From: Halorhodospira halophila SL1
GTDB lineage: Bacteria; Pseudomonadota; Gammaproteobacteria; Nitrococcales; Halorhodospiraceae
Direction: 5' to 3'
Length of the DNA: 32,000 bases
Assembly (NCBI RefSeq): GCF_000015585.1
Contig: NC_008789.1
Location: 1,170,001 to 1,202,000, forward strand
The notes under the pieces were generated by a model that was not told where the DNA came from, ran no database searches, and saw nothing but the letters and a program-made list of their open reading frames with translations. The position numbers were made by a program, and so were the translations under genes. Every line of letters starts with the position of its first letter. Position 1 is the stretch's first letter. Shown here piece by piece: positions 10,176-19,053 of this stretch.

Positions 10176-13013
10176 CTAGGCGAGCGCGTCCTCGACCAGC
10201 GCCCGCTGCTGATCGTGGTGGCGCTTGGGGTAGCCGACGGCCGGCGAGGCCGCCGCGGCACGTCCGGCGTAGCGCAGCCGTTGATCCGGCCCCATGCAGT
10301 TGTAGAGGTGGTGGTTGGTGGAGTACCAGGCTCCCTGGTTCTTGGGCTCTTCCTGACACCAGACCACCTCGGTGGCCGCCGCGTAGCGCTCGGCCAACAG
10401 GATACGCAGTGCCCTCTCCGGGAACGGGTAGAGCTGCTCGACCCGGATGATGGCGACATCGTTGCGGCTCTCCCGCCGACGGGCTTCGAGCAGGTCGTAG
10501 TAGACCTTGCCGGCGCACAGCACCACCCGGCGGCAGGCGGCCGGGTCCAGATCATCCACCTCGTCGATGATGTTGTGGAAGTGGCCGCCGGTCAGGTCGT
10601 CGAGCCCCGAGGTCGACAGCTTATGCCGCAGCAGGCTCTTGGGCGTGAGCACCACCAGCGGCTTGCGGTAGCGGCGCAGCATCTGCCGCCGCAGCATGTG
10701 GAAGAACTGCGCCGGCGTGGTGGGCACGCAGACCTGCATGTTGTACTCGGCACACAGCTGCAGATAGCGCTCCAGGCGAGCGGAGGAGTGTTCTGGCCCC
10801 TGCCCCTCATAGCCGTGGGGCAGGAACATGGTCAGGCCCGACAACCGCCCCCACTTGGCCTCGGCCGCGGCGATGAACTGGTCGATGACCACCTGCGCTC
10901 CGTTGGTGAAATCGCCGAACTGCGCCTCCCAGATGGTCAGGGTATCCGGTTCCGTGGTGGCGTAGCCGTACTCGAAACCGAGCACGGCCTCCTCGGAGAG
11001 GAGCGAATCGATGACCACGAAATCCTGGGGTTCGGTGGTGACGTCCTGCAGCGGTACGAAGTTCGAGCCATCCCGGGCGTTGTGCAGAACGGCGTGGCGG
11101 TGGAAGAAGGTACCACGCCCGGAGTCCTGCCCGGTCAGGCGCACCCGGTACCCATCCTGCAGCAGAGTGGCGTAGGCCATGGTCTCGGCGAAGCCCCAGT
11201 CCAGCGGCAACGCCCCGGCGACCATCTTGCGCCGGCTCTCCATGATCGAGGCCACCCGCGGATTGAGCTCGAAGCCGTCCGGCAGGGCGTCGAGGATCCC
11301 CTGCAGGCCGCGCAGGCGCTCCTTGTCGACGGCGGTCTCCACCGGCTCGTTCCATTCGGCGCCAACAAACCGGGCCCAATTCGCCGCGTAGTCATTGCGT
11401 ACCCCGGTGAGGATGTTCGACGCCACCACCTCGCGGTTCTCGAGGGCCTCGCGATAGGCGGCGACCATCTCCTCGGCCTCCCGGGGGCCGAGGATCCCCT
11501 CTTGCACCAGTCGCTCGGCGTAGCGCTGGCGCACCGGCGGCTGGTTGCGGATCTTCTGGTACATCATCGGCTGCGTGGCCGCCGGCTCATCGGCCTCGTT
11601 GTGCCCGTGGCGGCGGTAGCAGATCAGATCGATGACCACGTCGCGGCGGAAGGTGTTGCGGTAGTCCAGGGCCAGGGCCGTGGTGAACGCCACCGCCTCG
11701 GGGTCGTCGCCGTTGACGTGGAAGATCGGCGCCTGAACGATCTTCGCCACCTCGGTGCAGTAGTGGCTCGAGCGGGTGTCCTGCGGATGGGAGGTGGTGA
11801 ACCCGATCTGGTTATTGACCACCACATGCACGGTGCCGCCGGTATAGAAGCCCCGCGCCTGGGAGAGTTGGAAGGTCTCCATGACCACGCCCTGCCCGGC
11901 GAAAGCGGCATCCCCGTGGATGAGCAGGGGCAGCACCTGCTTGCCCTGGGGATCCCGGCGGCGGCGCATGCGCCCCCGGCAGGATCCTTCCACCACCGGG
12001 TTGACGATCTCCAGGTGCGACGGGTTGAAGGCCAGGGCCACGTGCATGGGGCCACCCGGGGTCTGGATGTCGGACGAGAAGCCCATGTGGTATTTGACGT
12101 CGCCGGAGCCCTGCAAGCCGTCGGGCTGGTGCCCCTCAAACTCGGCGAACAAATCGCCCGGGTCCTTGCCCATGATGTTGATCAGCACATTGAGGCGGCC
12201 CCGGTGGGCCATGCCAAGCACCATCTCCTTGACACCCTCACGCCCGGCACCCTGGATCAGGTCGTGGAGCAGGGGGATCAGCGCATCCCCGCCCTCGAGC
12301 GAGAAGCGCTTCTGGCCGACGTACTTGGAGTGCAGGTACTTCTCGATGCCCTCGGCAGCGGTCAGCCGCTCGAGGATCTCCTTCTTGCGCGCCGCACCCA
12401 GACGCGGGCGGCAGCCGGTCCCCTCGAGCCGCTCCTGGATCCAGCGCTTCTGAGCCGTATCCGTGATGTGCATGTACTCCGAGCCGATAGGCCCGCAGTA
12501 GACCTCCTCGAGCTGCGCAATGATCTCGCGCAGCGGCATCTGCGTGGGCGCGAAGAGGGAACCGGTGTTGAACGACTGGTCGAGATCGGCGGGCGACAGC
12601 CCGTGGAAGGCCGGATCGAGATCCGGTACCGGGGGCTTCGGGCGCAGATCCAGGGGGTCGATATCCGCCGCCTGGTGGCCACGGAAGCGGTAGGAGTTGA
12701 TCAGCCGCAGCACCGCCGCCTGCTTCTCGGCAGCCTCAGCGCTTAGCCCGCCCTGGGCTGCGCCGGAGGCCCGCGCCGGCGTGCCGCCGTTATCCCGCCC
12801 GTGCTGCTCGAAGCGCGCACGGATGGGGCTGTGCGGGATATCCTCGCCGTCGCCGAGCTCCTGGGTCAGGCTGTGGAAATAGGCCCGCCACTCCGGGTCC
12901 ACGCGGCTGGGATCGGCCAGGTACGTCTCGTACAGGTCCTCGATGAAGGCCGCATTGGCGCCGTGCAGGTGGGAGGTGTTGCGAAGCTGTTCGAAAAGGC
13001 CGCGATCAGTCAT
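10176..13013 (-). CDS. sucA: 2-oxoglutarate dehydrogenase E1 component
   Basis: 945 aa. It has typical E1o segments (GMAHRGRLNVL, HGDAAFAGQGVV), and its length and order upstream of sucB-lpdA fit. Confidence 0.95.
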   Translation of the reverse strand: MTDRGLFEQLRNTSHLHGANAAFIEDLYETYLADPSRVDPEWRAYFHSLTQELGDGEDIPHSPIRARFEQHGRDNGGTPARASGAAQGGLSAEAAEKQAAVLRLINSYRFRGHQAADIDPLDLRPKPPVPDLDPAFHGLSPADLDQSFNTGSLFAPTQMPLREIIAQLEEVYCGPIGSEYMHITDTAQKRWIQERLEGTGCRPRLGAARKKEILERLTAAEGIEKYLHSKYVGQKRFSLEGGDALIPLLHDLIQGAGREGVKEMVLGMAHRGRLNVLINIMGKDPGDLFAEFEGHQPDGLQGSGDVKYHMGFSSDIQTPGGPMHVALAFNPSHLEIVNPVVEGSCRGRMRRRRDPQGKQVLPLLIHGDAAFAGQGVVMETFQLSQARGFYTGGTVHVVVNNQIGFTTSHPQDTRSSHYCTEVAKIVQAPIFHVNGDDPEAVAFTTALALDYRNTFRRDVVIDLICYRRHGHNEADEPAATQPMMYQKIRNQPPVRQRYAERLVQEGILGPREAEEMVAAYREALENREVVASNILTGVRNDYAANWARFVGAEWNEPVETAVDKERLRGLQGILDALPDGFELNPRVASIMESRRKMVAGALPLDWGFAETMAYATLLQDGYRVRLTGQDSGRGTFFHRHAVLHNARDGSNFVPLQDVTTEPQDFVVIDSLLSEEAVLGFEYGYATTEPDTLTIWEAQFGDFTNGAQVVIDQFIAAAEAKWGRLSGLTMFLPHGYEGQGPEHSSARLERYLQLCAEYNMQVCVPTTPAQFFHMLRRQMLRRYRKPLVVLTPKSLLRHKLSTSGLDDLTGGHFHNIIDEVDDLDPAACRRVVLCAGKVYYDLLEARRRESRNDVAIIRVEQLYPFPERALRILLAERYAAATEVVWCQEEPKNQGAWYSTNHHLYNCMGPDQRLRYAGRAAAASPAVGYPKRHHDQQRALVEDALA

Positions 13014-13053
13014 GCCACCACTCTAAGGCTCGGAACGAACGGAGAGAACCCGT

Positions 13054-13100
13054 GCGCGGGGGCGCAGTGCCGCTGCGGGTCCATCCCGCCACCCCCGCGC
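13054..13100 (-). terminator. nested GC-rich hairpin between tatC and sucA (possible terminator/processing site)
   Basis: The outer 9-bp stem gcgcggggg (13054-13062) / cccccgcgc (13092-13100) encloses an inner 5-bp hairpin, cgcag-tgccg-ctgcg. On the minus strand a pyrimidine-rich stretch follows, not a clean U-tract. Confidence 0.25.
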
Positions 13101-13894
13101 TAACCTTGATCGCCCCCGCTGCCATCCGGTGAGGCGGCCGCGGATGGCTGTGTTCGTCCGGCGAGCAGGATGCCGATCTCGAAAAGCAGCCACACCGGCA
13201 CAGCCAGCAGCACCTGCGAGAGGACATCCGGCGGTGTGAGCATCATGCCGACCACGAAGGCGCCGACGATCACGTAGGGGCGCTTGGCCGCCAGGCTCTC
13301 GCGGGTGGAGATGCCACTGCGCACCAGCAGAATGGTGGCGATGGGCACCTGAAAGGCCGCACCAAAGGCGAAGAACAGGGTCAGCACGAACGACAGGTAT
13401 TCGCCGATATCCGTCATCATCTGCACGCCTTCCGGGGAAACCAGGGCGAAGAAGCGGAAGGCGATCGGGAAGACCACAAAGTAGGCGAAGGCCGCACCGA
13501 GGTAGAACAAGCCGGTGCTGGAGATCAGCAGCGGCCAGATCATCCGCCGCTCGTGGCGATAGAGCCCCGGCGCCACGAAGGCCCAGAGCTGGTAAAGGAT
13601 GTACGGCACGGTGACGAAGATGGCCGCCACCAGGGCCAGCTTCATGGGGATCAGGAAGGGCGAGGCCACCTTGATGGCGATCATCGAGGTGCCCTCGGGG
13701 AGGACTTCCTGCAGCGGCCCCGAGATCCAGCGATAGAGGGTATCGCGGAACGGGTAGAAGAGCAGGAACGCGCCGAGGACCACCACCACGACGCGCAGCA
13801 GGCGATCGCGGAACTCCTTCAGGTGGCTAAGCAGCGGCGCCTCCTGCAGCTTTTCTTCACCACCCTGATTCTGCTCGGGACCGCCGGCGCTCAC
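13100..13894 (-). CDS. tatC: twin-arginine translocase subunit TatC
   Basis: 264 aa, six hydrophobic segments and an N-terminal HLKEFRDRLLRV motif typical of TatC. There is a 4-nt overlap with tatB. Confidence 0.9.
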   Translation of the reverse strand: MSAGGPEQNQGGEEKLQEAPLLSHLKEFRDRLLRVVVVVLGAFLLFYPFRDTLYRWISGPLQEVLPEGTSMIAIKVASPFLIPMKLALVAAIFVTVPYILYQLWAFVAPGLYRHERRMIWPLLISSTGLFYLGAAFAYFVVFPIAFRFFALVSPEGVQMMTDIGEYLSFVLTLFFAFGAAFQVPIATILLVRSGISTRESLAAKRPYVIVGAFVVGMMLTPPDVLSQVLLAVPVWLLFEIGILLAGRTQPSAAASPDGSGGDQG

Positions 13895-14244
13895 TGATCC
13901 TGCTCCTTATCGGCAGCCCGTGGCTTGCCACCCTCGGACTCCTCGGCCTTACGGAGCCTGGCAGCACGGCGGGCCTCTCGGGTCTCCCGCTCCACCTCGT
14001 CCCCGGCACCCTTGAACGCCTGACGGGTCTCCTCGACGTCGCGGCGCACCGACTCACCGGCCTTACGGATCTCCTCGATCCGCAGCTCGCGCTCGACCTC
14101 CCGGCGCGTGGCATTGAACGAGGAGCGCGCCTTGCCGGCCCAGCGGCCGAGCACACGCACGGTCCGCGCCATGCGCTCGGGACCGAGCACCAGCAAGCCG
14201 ATCAGGCAGATGATCAGGACTTCCCAGAAGCCGAGGTCGAACAT
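13891..14244 (-). CDS. tatB: twin-arginine translocase subunit TatB
   Basis: The N-terminus MFDLGFWEVLIICLIGLLVLGPERM matches the TatA/B-family TM plus hinge. A charged amphipathic tail follows. The gene sits between tatA and tatC. Confidence 0.85.
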   Translation of the reverse strand: MFDLGFWEVLIICLIGLLVLGPERMARTVRVLGRWAGKARSSFNATRREVERELRIEEIRKAGESVRRDVEETRQAFKGAGDEVERETREARRAARLRKAEESEGGKPRAADKEQDQ

Positions 14245-14288
14245 GGCGATCCTGCGTCAGGGTGGTAACGGAGGCACGCCGGCGCCTC

Positions 14289-14582
14289 TTACGAGGTGCT
14301 GCGGTCGTGGTGCTCGGCACTCTGGCGGGCTGAACTGCTCTCCCGGGCCTGGGTCGTCTGCTCGGGGGCGGGCTCGTCCTGGTGCTCCAGCGGCTCCGGC
14401 TCGTCCGAGGACTCACCGTCTGCGCGCTTCTGCGCCTCTTCCTCCTCACCCTCGCGCATCGACTCCTTGAAGCCGCGGATGGCGCCACCCAGGTCACCGC
14501 CGATGTTGCGCAGCTTCTTGGTTCCAAACAGCAGCGCCACGATCAGCAGAATGATCAGCAACGACCAGATATTGAATCCCAT
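14289..14582 (-). CDS. tatA: twin-arginine translocase subunit TatA
   Basis: [28 protein letters not shown] is a canonical TatA N-terminus. The C-terminal tail is acidic. Confidence 0.9.
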   Translation of the reverse strand: MGFNIWSLLIILLIVALLFGTKKLRNIGGDLGGAIRGFKESMREGEEEEAQKRADGESSDEPEPLEHQDEPAPEQTTQARESSSARQSAEHHDRSTS

Positions 14583-14626
14583 CTCCTCACCCTCCGACGC
14601 CCTGAGGCGCCTTCTGTTGTGCGTTG

Positions 14627-14971
14627 CTACTCGCCGCGGGCCGCCTTTTCGTCCAGACCCGAGCGGCCCACGCGTCGCTCCAGCTCCGCCAGCACCTCAT
14701 CGACCGAGACACCGCTGGCCGAGAGCATGACGAGAGTATGGAACCACAGATCGGCGGTCTCATAAACGACCTGTTCCCGCTCGCCGCCCTTGGCGGCGAT
14801 CACCGCCTCGGTGGCCTCCTCGCCGACCTTCTTGAGGATGGCGTCCAGCCCCTTGTCATGGAGCCGCGCCACGTAGGAGGTATCCGCCGACGCGCCGCGG
14901 CGCTGTTCGATGGTCTCGGCCAGCGCCCGCAGGGTGTCGGCTGCCGTTCGCTCGCTCGCGGCATTGCTCAT
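14627..14971 (-). CDS. hisE: phosphoribosyl-ATP pyrophosphatase
   Basis: 114 aa. The [10 protein letters not shown]...KKVGEEATE...ADLWFH pattern is typical of HisE/MazG-like proteins. An ATGA overlap links it to hisF. Confidence 0.9.
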
Positions 14972-15732
14972 CGTCGGACCTCGATCCCCCGTTCCGCCAT
15001 GTGCGCCTTGGCCTCGCCGACGGTGTGATCGCCGAAATGGAAGATGCTCGCCGCCAGCACCGCGTCGGCGCCCCCGTCGTCGACCCCGTCAGCCAGGTGC
15101 TCCAGCTCGCCCACACCGCCCGATGCGATCACCGGGACGGAGACCGCATCGGCCACGGCCCGCGTCAGCCCCAGGTCGAACCCGGCGCGGGTGCCGTCCC
15201 GGTCCATGCTGGTCAGCAGGATCTCGCCGGCCCCCAGCGCCACCAGGCGCTGACACCAGCTGACCACCTCGAGCCCAGTGGGGTTACGCCCGCCGTGGGT
15301 GAAGACCTCCCAACGCGGCGGATCGTCCTCCACCTGCTTGGCGTCCACCGCCACCACGATGCACTGGGAGCCGAAGCGCTCGGCAGCCTCGCGGACGAAG
15401 TCGGGGCGATGGACGGCCGCGGTGTTGATGGCCACCTTGTCGGCACCGGCATTGAGCAGGCGACGTACATCGGCCACGCTGCGCACGCCGCCGCCTACGG
15501 TCAGCGGGATGAAGACCTGGCCGGCCACGGCCTCCACTACATCGTAGATGGTCTCACGCTCCTCGTGGCTGGCCGTGATGTCGAGAAACGTCAGTTCGTC
15601 GGCCCCCATGGCGTCGTAGCGCCGGGCGATCTCCACCGGGTCGCCGGCATCGCGAATATCCACGAAGCGCACCCCCTTGACCACTCGGCCGGCGTCGACG
15701 TCCAAACACGGGATGATGCGCTTAGCGGTCAT
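14968..15732 (-). CDS. hisF: imidazole glycerol phosphate synthase, cyclase subunit
   Basis: [12 protein letters not shown]... is a canonical HisF N-terminus. A strong SD (caGGAGGtcggcgATG) precedes the ATG at 15732. The listed ORF carries a 45-aa spurious extension. Confidence 0.93.
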
Positions 15733-16462
15733 CGCCGACCTCCTGCGCGGTGCGGATCGCGGTGGCCAGATCGAGGCCACCGTCATAGATGGCGCGGCCC
15801 ACGATCGCCCCGGCGATGCCTTCGGGGCTACCGGCCAGGCTGCGCACGTCCTCCAGGCTGCTGACACCGCCGGAGGCGATCACCGGGATGGAGACGGCCC
15901 GCGCCAGCTCACGGGTGGCCTCGACGTTGCACCCCTGCATCATTCCGTCCCGACCGATATCGGTGAAGATCAGCGCCGCCACACCGGCGTCCTCGAAGCG
16001 GCGCGCCAAGTCCACGGCGGCCACCTCGGAGGTCTGCTCCCAGCCGTCGGTGGCCACGTAGCCGCCCCGCGCGTCCAGGCCAACGCAGACGCGCCCGGGA
16101 ATCTCGCGACAGAGCTCTTCGACGAAGGCCGGCTCGCGCACCGCCCGGGTCCCGACGATGACGTAACCCACGCCGGCTTCCAGATAACGCAGGGCCGTCT
16201 CGCGACTGCGAATGCCGCCGCCGATCTGCAGCGGCGTGTCGGGGTAGGCGCGGGCGATGGCGTGGATGGTCTGCTCGTGGGCCGGCTCGCCCCGCACAGC
16301 GCCGTCCAGATCCACGAGGTGGAGGCGCTCGGCGCCGGCCTCCACCCAGCGTCCGGCCACCGCGACGGGGTCAGCGTCGAAAATGGTCTCGTCGTCCATC
16401 CGGCCCTGGCGCAGGCGCACGCAGTGGCCGTTCTTGAGGTCGATGGCGGGGATTACGATCAC
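15722..16462 (-). CDS. hisA: 1-(5-phosphoribosyl)-5-[(5-phosphoribosylamino)methylideneamino]imidazole-4-carboxamide isomerase
   Basis: The homology starts at (M)[16 protein letters not shown]. The only in-frame start there is the GTG at 16460-16462, which forms a GTGA overlap with the hisH stop. The listed ORF start at 16585 adds a 41-aa Arg/Pro-rich extension that is unlikely to be real. Confidence 0.9.
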   Translation of the reverse strand: MIVIPAIDLKNGHCVRLRQGRMDDETIFDADPVAVAGRWVEAGAERLHLVDLDGAVRGEPAHEQTIHAIARAYPDTPLQIGGGIRSRETALRYLEAGVGYVIVGTRAVREPAFVEELCREIPGRVCVGLDARGGYVATDGWEQTSEVAAVDLARRFEDAGVAALIFTDIGRDGMMQGCNVEATRELARAVSIPVIASGGVSSLEDVRSLAGSPEGIAGAIVGRAIYDGGLDLATAIRTAQEVGDDR

Positions 16463-17109
16463 GTCCAGCTCCCGTCCCAGTCGAGGAAGTTGCGATAGAG
16501 GCGCAGGCCCGCGTCCTGGCTCTTCTCCGGATGGAATTGCACGGCGAAGCAGGGGCCATCGGCGACGGCGGCGGCGAAACGGCACCCGTGATCGGCCTGA
16601 CCGACGATGATGCCCGGGTCGTCAGCGATCACGTAGTAGCTGTGCACGAAGTAGAACCAGGTGCCGTCCTCGATGCCGTCCCACAGCGGATGGCGGCAGG
16701 GCCGGTGCACCCGGCTCCAACCCATGTGCGGGACCTTCAGCGGCCGGCCCCGGCCATCACGCTCGCCGTCCGGGAAACGCACGGCACGCCCCGGCAAGAC
16801 GCCCAAGCCATCCACCCCGCCGCTCTCCTCGCTGTAGGTCAGCAGCGCCTGCATCCCCAGGCAGATACCGAGGAAAGGGCGACTGCGCGCGGCCTCGATC
16901 AGCGCGGCGGTCAGCCCCAGGCGGTTGAGTTCGATCATGCAGTCGCCGATCGCGCCGACACCGGGCAATACCACTCGGTCGGCGGCCCGTACCTGATCCG
17001 GATCGGCGGTCACCTCGAGGCCCGACTCGCCGCCGGCGGCGTGGGCCAGGGCGCGATAGACCGAGCGCAGGTTGCCCATCCCGTAATCGACAATGGCCAC
17101 GCGACTCAT
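16459..17109 (-). CDS. hisH: imidazole glycerol phosphate synthase, glutamine amidotransferase subunit
   Basis: [14 protein letters not shown] at the N-terminus, catalytic Cys motif GICLGMQ and QFHPEKS. Confidence 0.93.
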   Translation of the reverse strand: MSRVAIVDYGMGNLRSVYRALAHAAGGESGLEVTADPDQVRAADRVVLPGVGAIGDCMIELNRLGLTAALIEAARSRPFLGICLGMQALLTYSEESGGVDGLGVLPGRAVRFPDGERDGRGRPLKVPHMGWSRVHRPCRHPLWDGIEDGTWFYFVHSYYVIADDPGIIVGQADHGCRFAAAVADGPCFAVQFHPEKSQDAGLRLYRNFLDWDGSWT

Positions 17110-17111
17110 GG

Positions 17112-17705
17112 CTAGAGGGCCCCCTTGGTGGAAGGAACCCGACCACCGGCACGCTCATCCGTGCTAACGGCCTGGCGCAGGGCACGCCCGAAGGCCTTGA
17201 ACAGACACTCGACCATGTGATGGGCATTGCGGCCGCGCAGCACATCCAGGTGGGCGGTCATGGCGGCGTGGCTGGTCAGGGCACGGAAGAACTCCTCCAC
17301 CAGCTCGGTATCGAATCGCCCGACGTGCGCCCGCGGCAGCTCGGCGTTGTAGACCAGTCCGGGCCGCCCCGAGAGGTCGAGGACCGCGCGCGACAGGGCC
17401 TCATCCAGCGGCACGTAGGCGTGGCCGTAGCGGGTCAGACCGGCCTTATCACCCCACGCCCGGGCCAGCGCCTGCCCCAGGGCGATGCCGACATCCTCGA
17501 CGGTGTGGTGGTCGTCGATCCAGGTGTCCCCCTTGGCCTGAACGCGCAGGTCCACGCCACCGTGGCGGGCCACCTGAGCGAGCATGTGCTCAAAGAACGG
17601 GACCCCACAATCGAGTTCCGCCGCCCCCTCGCCGTCGAGATCCACCCACACCCGCACAGCGGTCTCGCCGGTGGTGCGCTCGACTTCTGCCGTTCGCTTG
17701 GCCAT
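17112..17705 (-). CDS. hisB: imidazoleglycerol-phosphate dehydratase
   Basis: 197 aa, monofunctional. It carries the metal-binding motif [14 protein letters not shown] and the C-terminal HH...E pattern. Confidence 0.93.
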   Translation of the reverse strand: MAKRTAEVERTTGETAVRVWVDLDGEGAAELDCGVPFFEHMLAQVARHGGVDLRVQAKGDTWIDDHHTVEDVGIALGQALARAWGDKAGLTRYGHAYVPLDEALSRAVLDLSGRPGLVYNAELPRAHVGRFDTELVEEFFRALTSHAAMTAHLDVLRGRNAHHMVECLFKAFGRALRQAVSTDERAGGRVPSTKGAL

Positions 17706-17769
17706 GGCCGTGACGCCCTCGCAGTTGGAATCGTTGACGGGCCTTCCGCCCGACGGGCGACCGAGGATA

Positions 17770-18234
17770 TCACACGGGGCCAGCGGGCCTCGGCGGCGCT
17801 TCCAGCCAGAAGGTCACCGGGCCGTCATTGACCAACTCGACCTGCATGTCCGCCCCGAACACGCCACTGGCCACGGGGCCCGTGGCCCGCTCGCGCAGGG
17901 CCTCAAGGAAGGTCTCGAACAGCGCCTGGCCGGTCTGCGGATCGGCCGCGGGGCCAAAGCTCGGTCGCATGCCCTTGCGGGTATCCGCAGCCAGCGTGAA
18001 TTGCGGTACGGCCAGCACGCCGCACCCGAGATCGAGGGCGGAGCCATTCATACGCCCCTCGGCATCCGGGAAGACCCGGTAGCCGAGCACCCGCTCGGCC
18101 AGGCGCTGGGCCTGCGCCGAACCATCGCCGTGAACGGCGCAGACCAGCGCCACCAGGCCACGCTCGATCTCGCCAACGACCTCGCCACCAACCCGAACCC
18201 GGGCACTGCCTGTACGTTGAATAACGGTGATCAT
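17770..18234 (-). CDS. dtd: D-aminoacyl-tRNA deacylase
   Basis: 154 aa. MITVIQR...GEI..GL and the C-terminal NDGPVTFWL match Dtd. Confidence 0.9.
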   Translation of the reverse strand: MITVIQRTGSARVRVGGEVVGEIERGLVALVCAVHGDGSAQAQRLAERVLGYRVFPDAEGRMNGSALDLGCGVLAVPQFTLAADTRKGMRPSFGPAADPQTGQALFETFLEALRERATGPVASGVFGADMQVELVNDGPVTFWLEAPPRPAGPV

Positions 18235-18319
18235 CGCGAGAGATATAGGATTTTTCTTACAAGCACTCCGGCACCCCCTGATTCCCCCGCCACCGGCGGT
18301 GAGGCATTGTAAACCTCGG

Positions 18320-18498
18320 CTACCGGCAATCGAATCCCTGTCGCTTACCGGAAGAGCGCAGTCGATTGTGCGGGAGCCTGGATGGGGCGAGGGATCGCTC
18401 GGCCTTCAGGGACCGCTCACGGAAGAGTAAGGCCCCCATCCAAACGGCCCGAGGGAAGCGGGTTAAAGCCGACGCAGGACGCGTCGGCTTTTTTTTTT
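18320..18498 (+). ncRNA. candidate CsrB/Rsm-like GGA-repeat sRNA (5' end not determined)
   Basis: No credible plus-strand CDS exists here, yet a strong plus-strand intrinsic terminator ends the region. There are 8 GGA motifs at 18350-18479 against 1 TCC. GGA sits in the loops of hairpins at 18326-18369, 18385-18400 and 18448-18462, and in the terminator loop. The 8-mer CGGAAGAG is repeated at 18349-18356 and 18420-18427. Confidence 0.4.
18468..18498 (+). terminator. Rho-independent terminator, plus-strand polarity
   Basis: Stem gccgacgc (18468-18475), loop aggac, stem gcgtcggc (18481-18488), then a run of 10 T (18489-18498). On the minus strand only UUU follows the stem, so it is much weaker for the convergent phasin-like gene. 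Confidence 0.7.
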
Positions 18499-18507
18499 GC
18501 CGGGCCG

Positions 18508-19053
18508 TCAGGCCTTCTTGGTACCGCCCGAGGTGCTGCTGCGCCCCGCGGATGACTTCTGCTGCCCACTGCCGCCCGTGGCCGCCACGCCGGAGAGCTC
18601 CTGCATCGCCTCCTGGGCCCGCTTGGTCGCATCCTGCCAGGCCTTGAGCACGCGCTGCCCCTCCGAGTCCCACTGCTCCGCCATGCGGGACGGATCCATA
18701 TTCTTCACGCTGTCGAACCAGGCATTCCAGAGCTTGCTCTGCGCCTCGGTCCACGACTTCATCATCTCTTGGGTCTGTTTGACCGCCTCCTGCATACCCT
18801 CGCTGGCGTTCTCGCCGGCACCGGCCTGCTGCGCCCACTTCTGGGCCCACTGAACCTGGGCGTCGAGGGCCTCTCGGACCGCTTTCTCCCAGGCCTCCAG
18901 GTTCTGCTGATAGTGCTGCTGCCAGTCATCCGCCTGGGAGACACCGGTGGGCATTTGCATGCCGCGCACCGTTTGCAGCCACGTATCCCACATGCGCTGC
19001 TGCATCTCAGTCCAGTTCCGGACCATCTCTTCCATCGGCTGGTTGCCGCTCAT
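18508..19053 (-). CDS. Trp-rich, internally duplicated PhaE-N-terminal/phasin-like protein (function tentative)
   Basis: 181 aa with 12 Trp. Two homologous half-repeats are visible (aa ~14-66 WTEMQQRMWDTW..., aa ~101-151 WTEAQSKLWNAW...), and the C-terminal tail is Ser/Gly/Lys-rich. As I recall, the W-x-E-x-Q-x-x-x-W-D/N-x-W pattern resembles the N-terminus of class III PHA synthase subunit PhaE. A strong SD region precedes the ATG. Confidence 0.55.
   Translation of the reverse strand: MSGNQPMEEMVRNWTEMQQRMWDTWLQTVRGMQMPTGVSQADDWQQHYQQNLEAWEKAVREALDAQVQWAQKWAQQAGAGENASEGMQEAVKQTQEMMKSWTEAQSKLWNAWFDSVKNMDPSRMAEQWDSEGQRVLKAWQDATKRAQEAMQELSGVAATGGSGQQKSSAGRSSTSGGTKKA

Noticed and set aside
7359-12746. 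A 1795-aa stop-free ORF on the plus strand spanning 5.4 kb.
   Set aside because: It lies exactly antisense to lpdA, sucB and sucA, all three of which have unmistakable motifs and full-length homology on the minus strand. Its translation is low-complexity and rich in Gly/Arg/Leu/Asp/His, with no recognisable domain. Long antisense ORFs are an expected artefact of GC3-rich codon usage, because stop codons are AT-rich.
14968-15867. Long N-terminal extensions in the longest-ORF calls: hisF to 15867, hisA to 16585, lpdA to 8819, patatin to 5803, glgA to 29307.
   Set aside because: In each case, homology to the family begins at an internal start codon. That start usually has an SD or a 4-nt stop/start overlap. 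The extension overlaps the upstream gene and is Arg/Pro/Ala-rich.
18227-18430. A 67-aa plus-strand ORF in the dtd/phasin-like intergenic region, as a possible explanation for the plus-strand terminator.
   Set aside because: It starts inside the dtd start region and has no SD. Its translation is Pro/Leu/Gly-rich and looks non-coding. It also ends about 40 nt before the terminator stem. The GGA-hairpin organisation explains the region better as RNA.
18270-18498. Whether the structured intergenic RNA is a known housekeeping RNA: 6S, SRP/4.5S, RNase P, tmRNA or a riboswitch.
   Set aside because: It lacks the SRP domain IV motif (GGUCC-GGAA-GGAAGCAGCC), and the CCGGAAG loop is only a superficial resemblance. 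There is no pairing of the 5' and 3' ends around a central bubble as in 6S. There is no tRNA-like end as in tmRNA. It is far too short for RNase P. There is no downstream plus-strand gene for a riboswitch to control.
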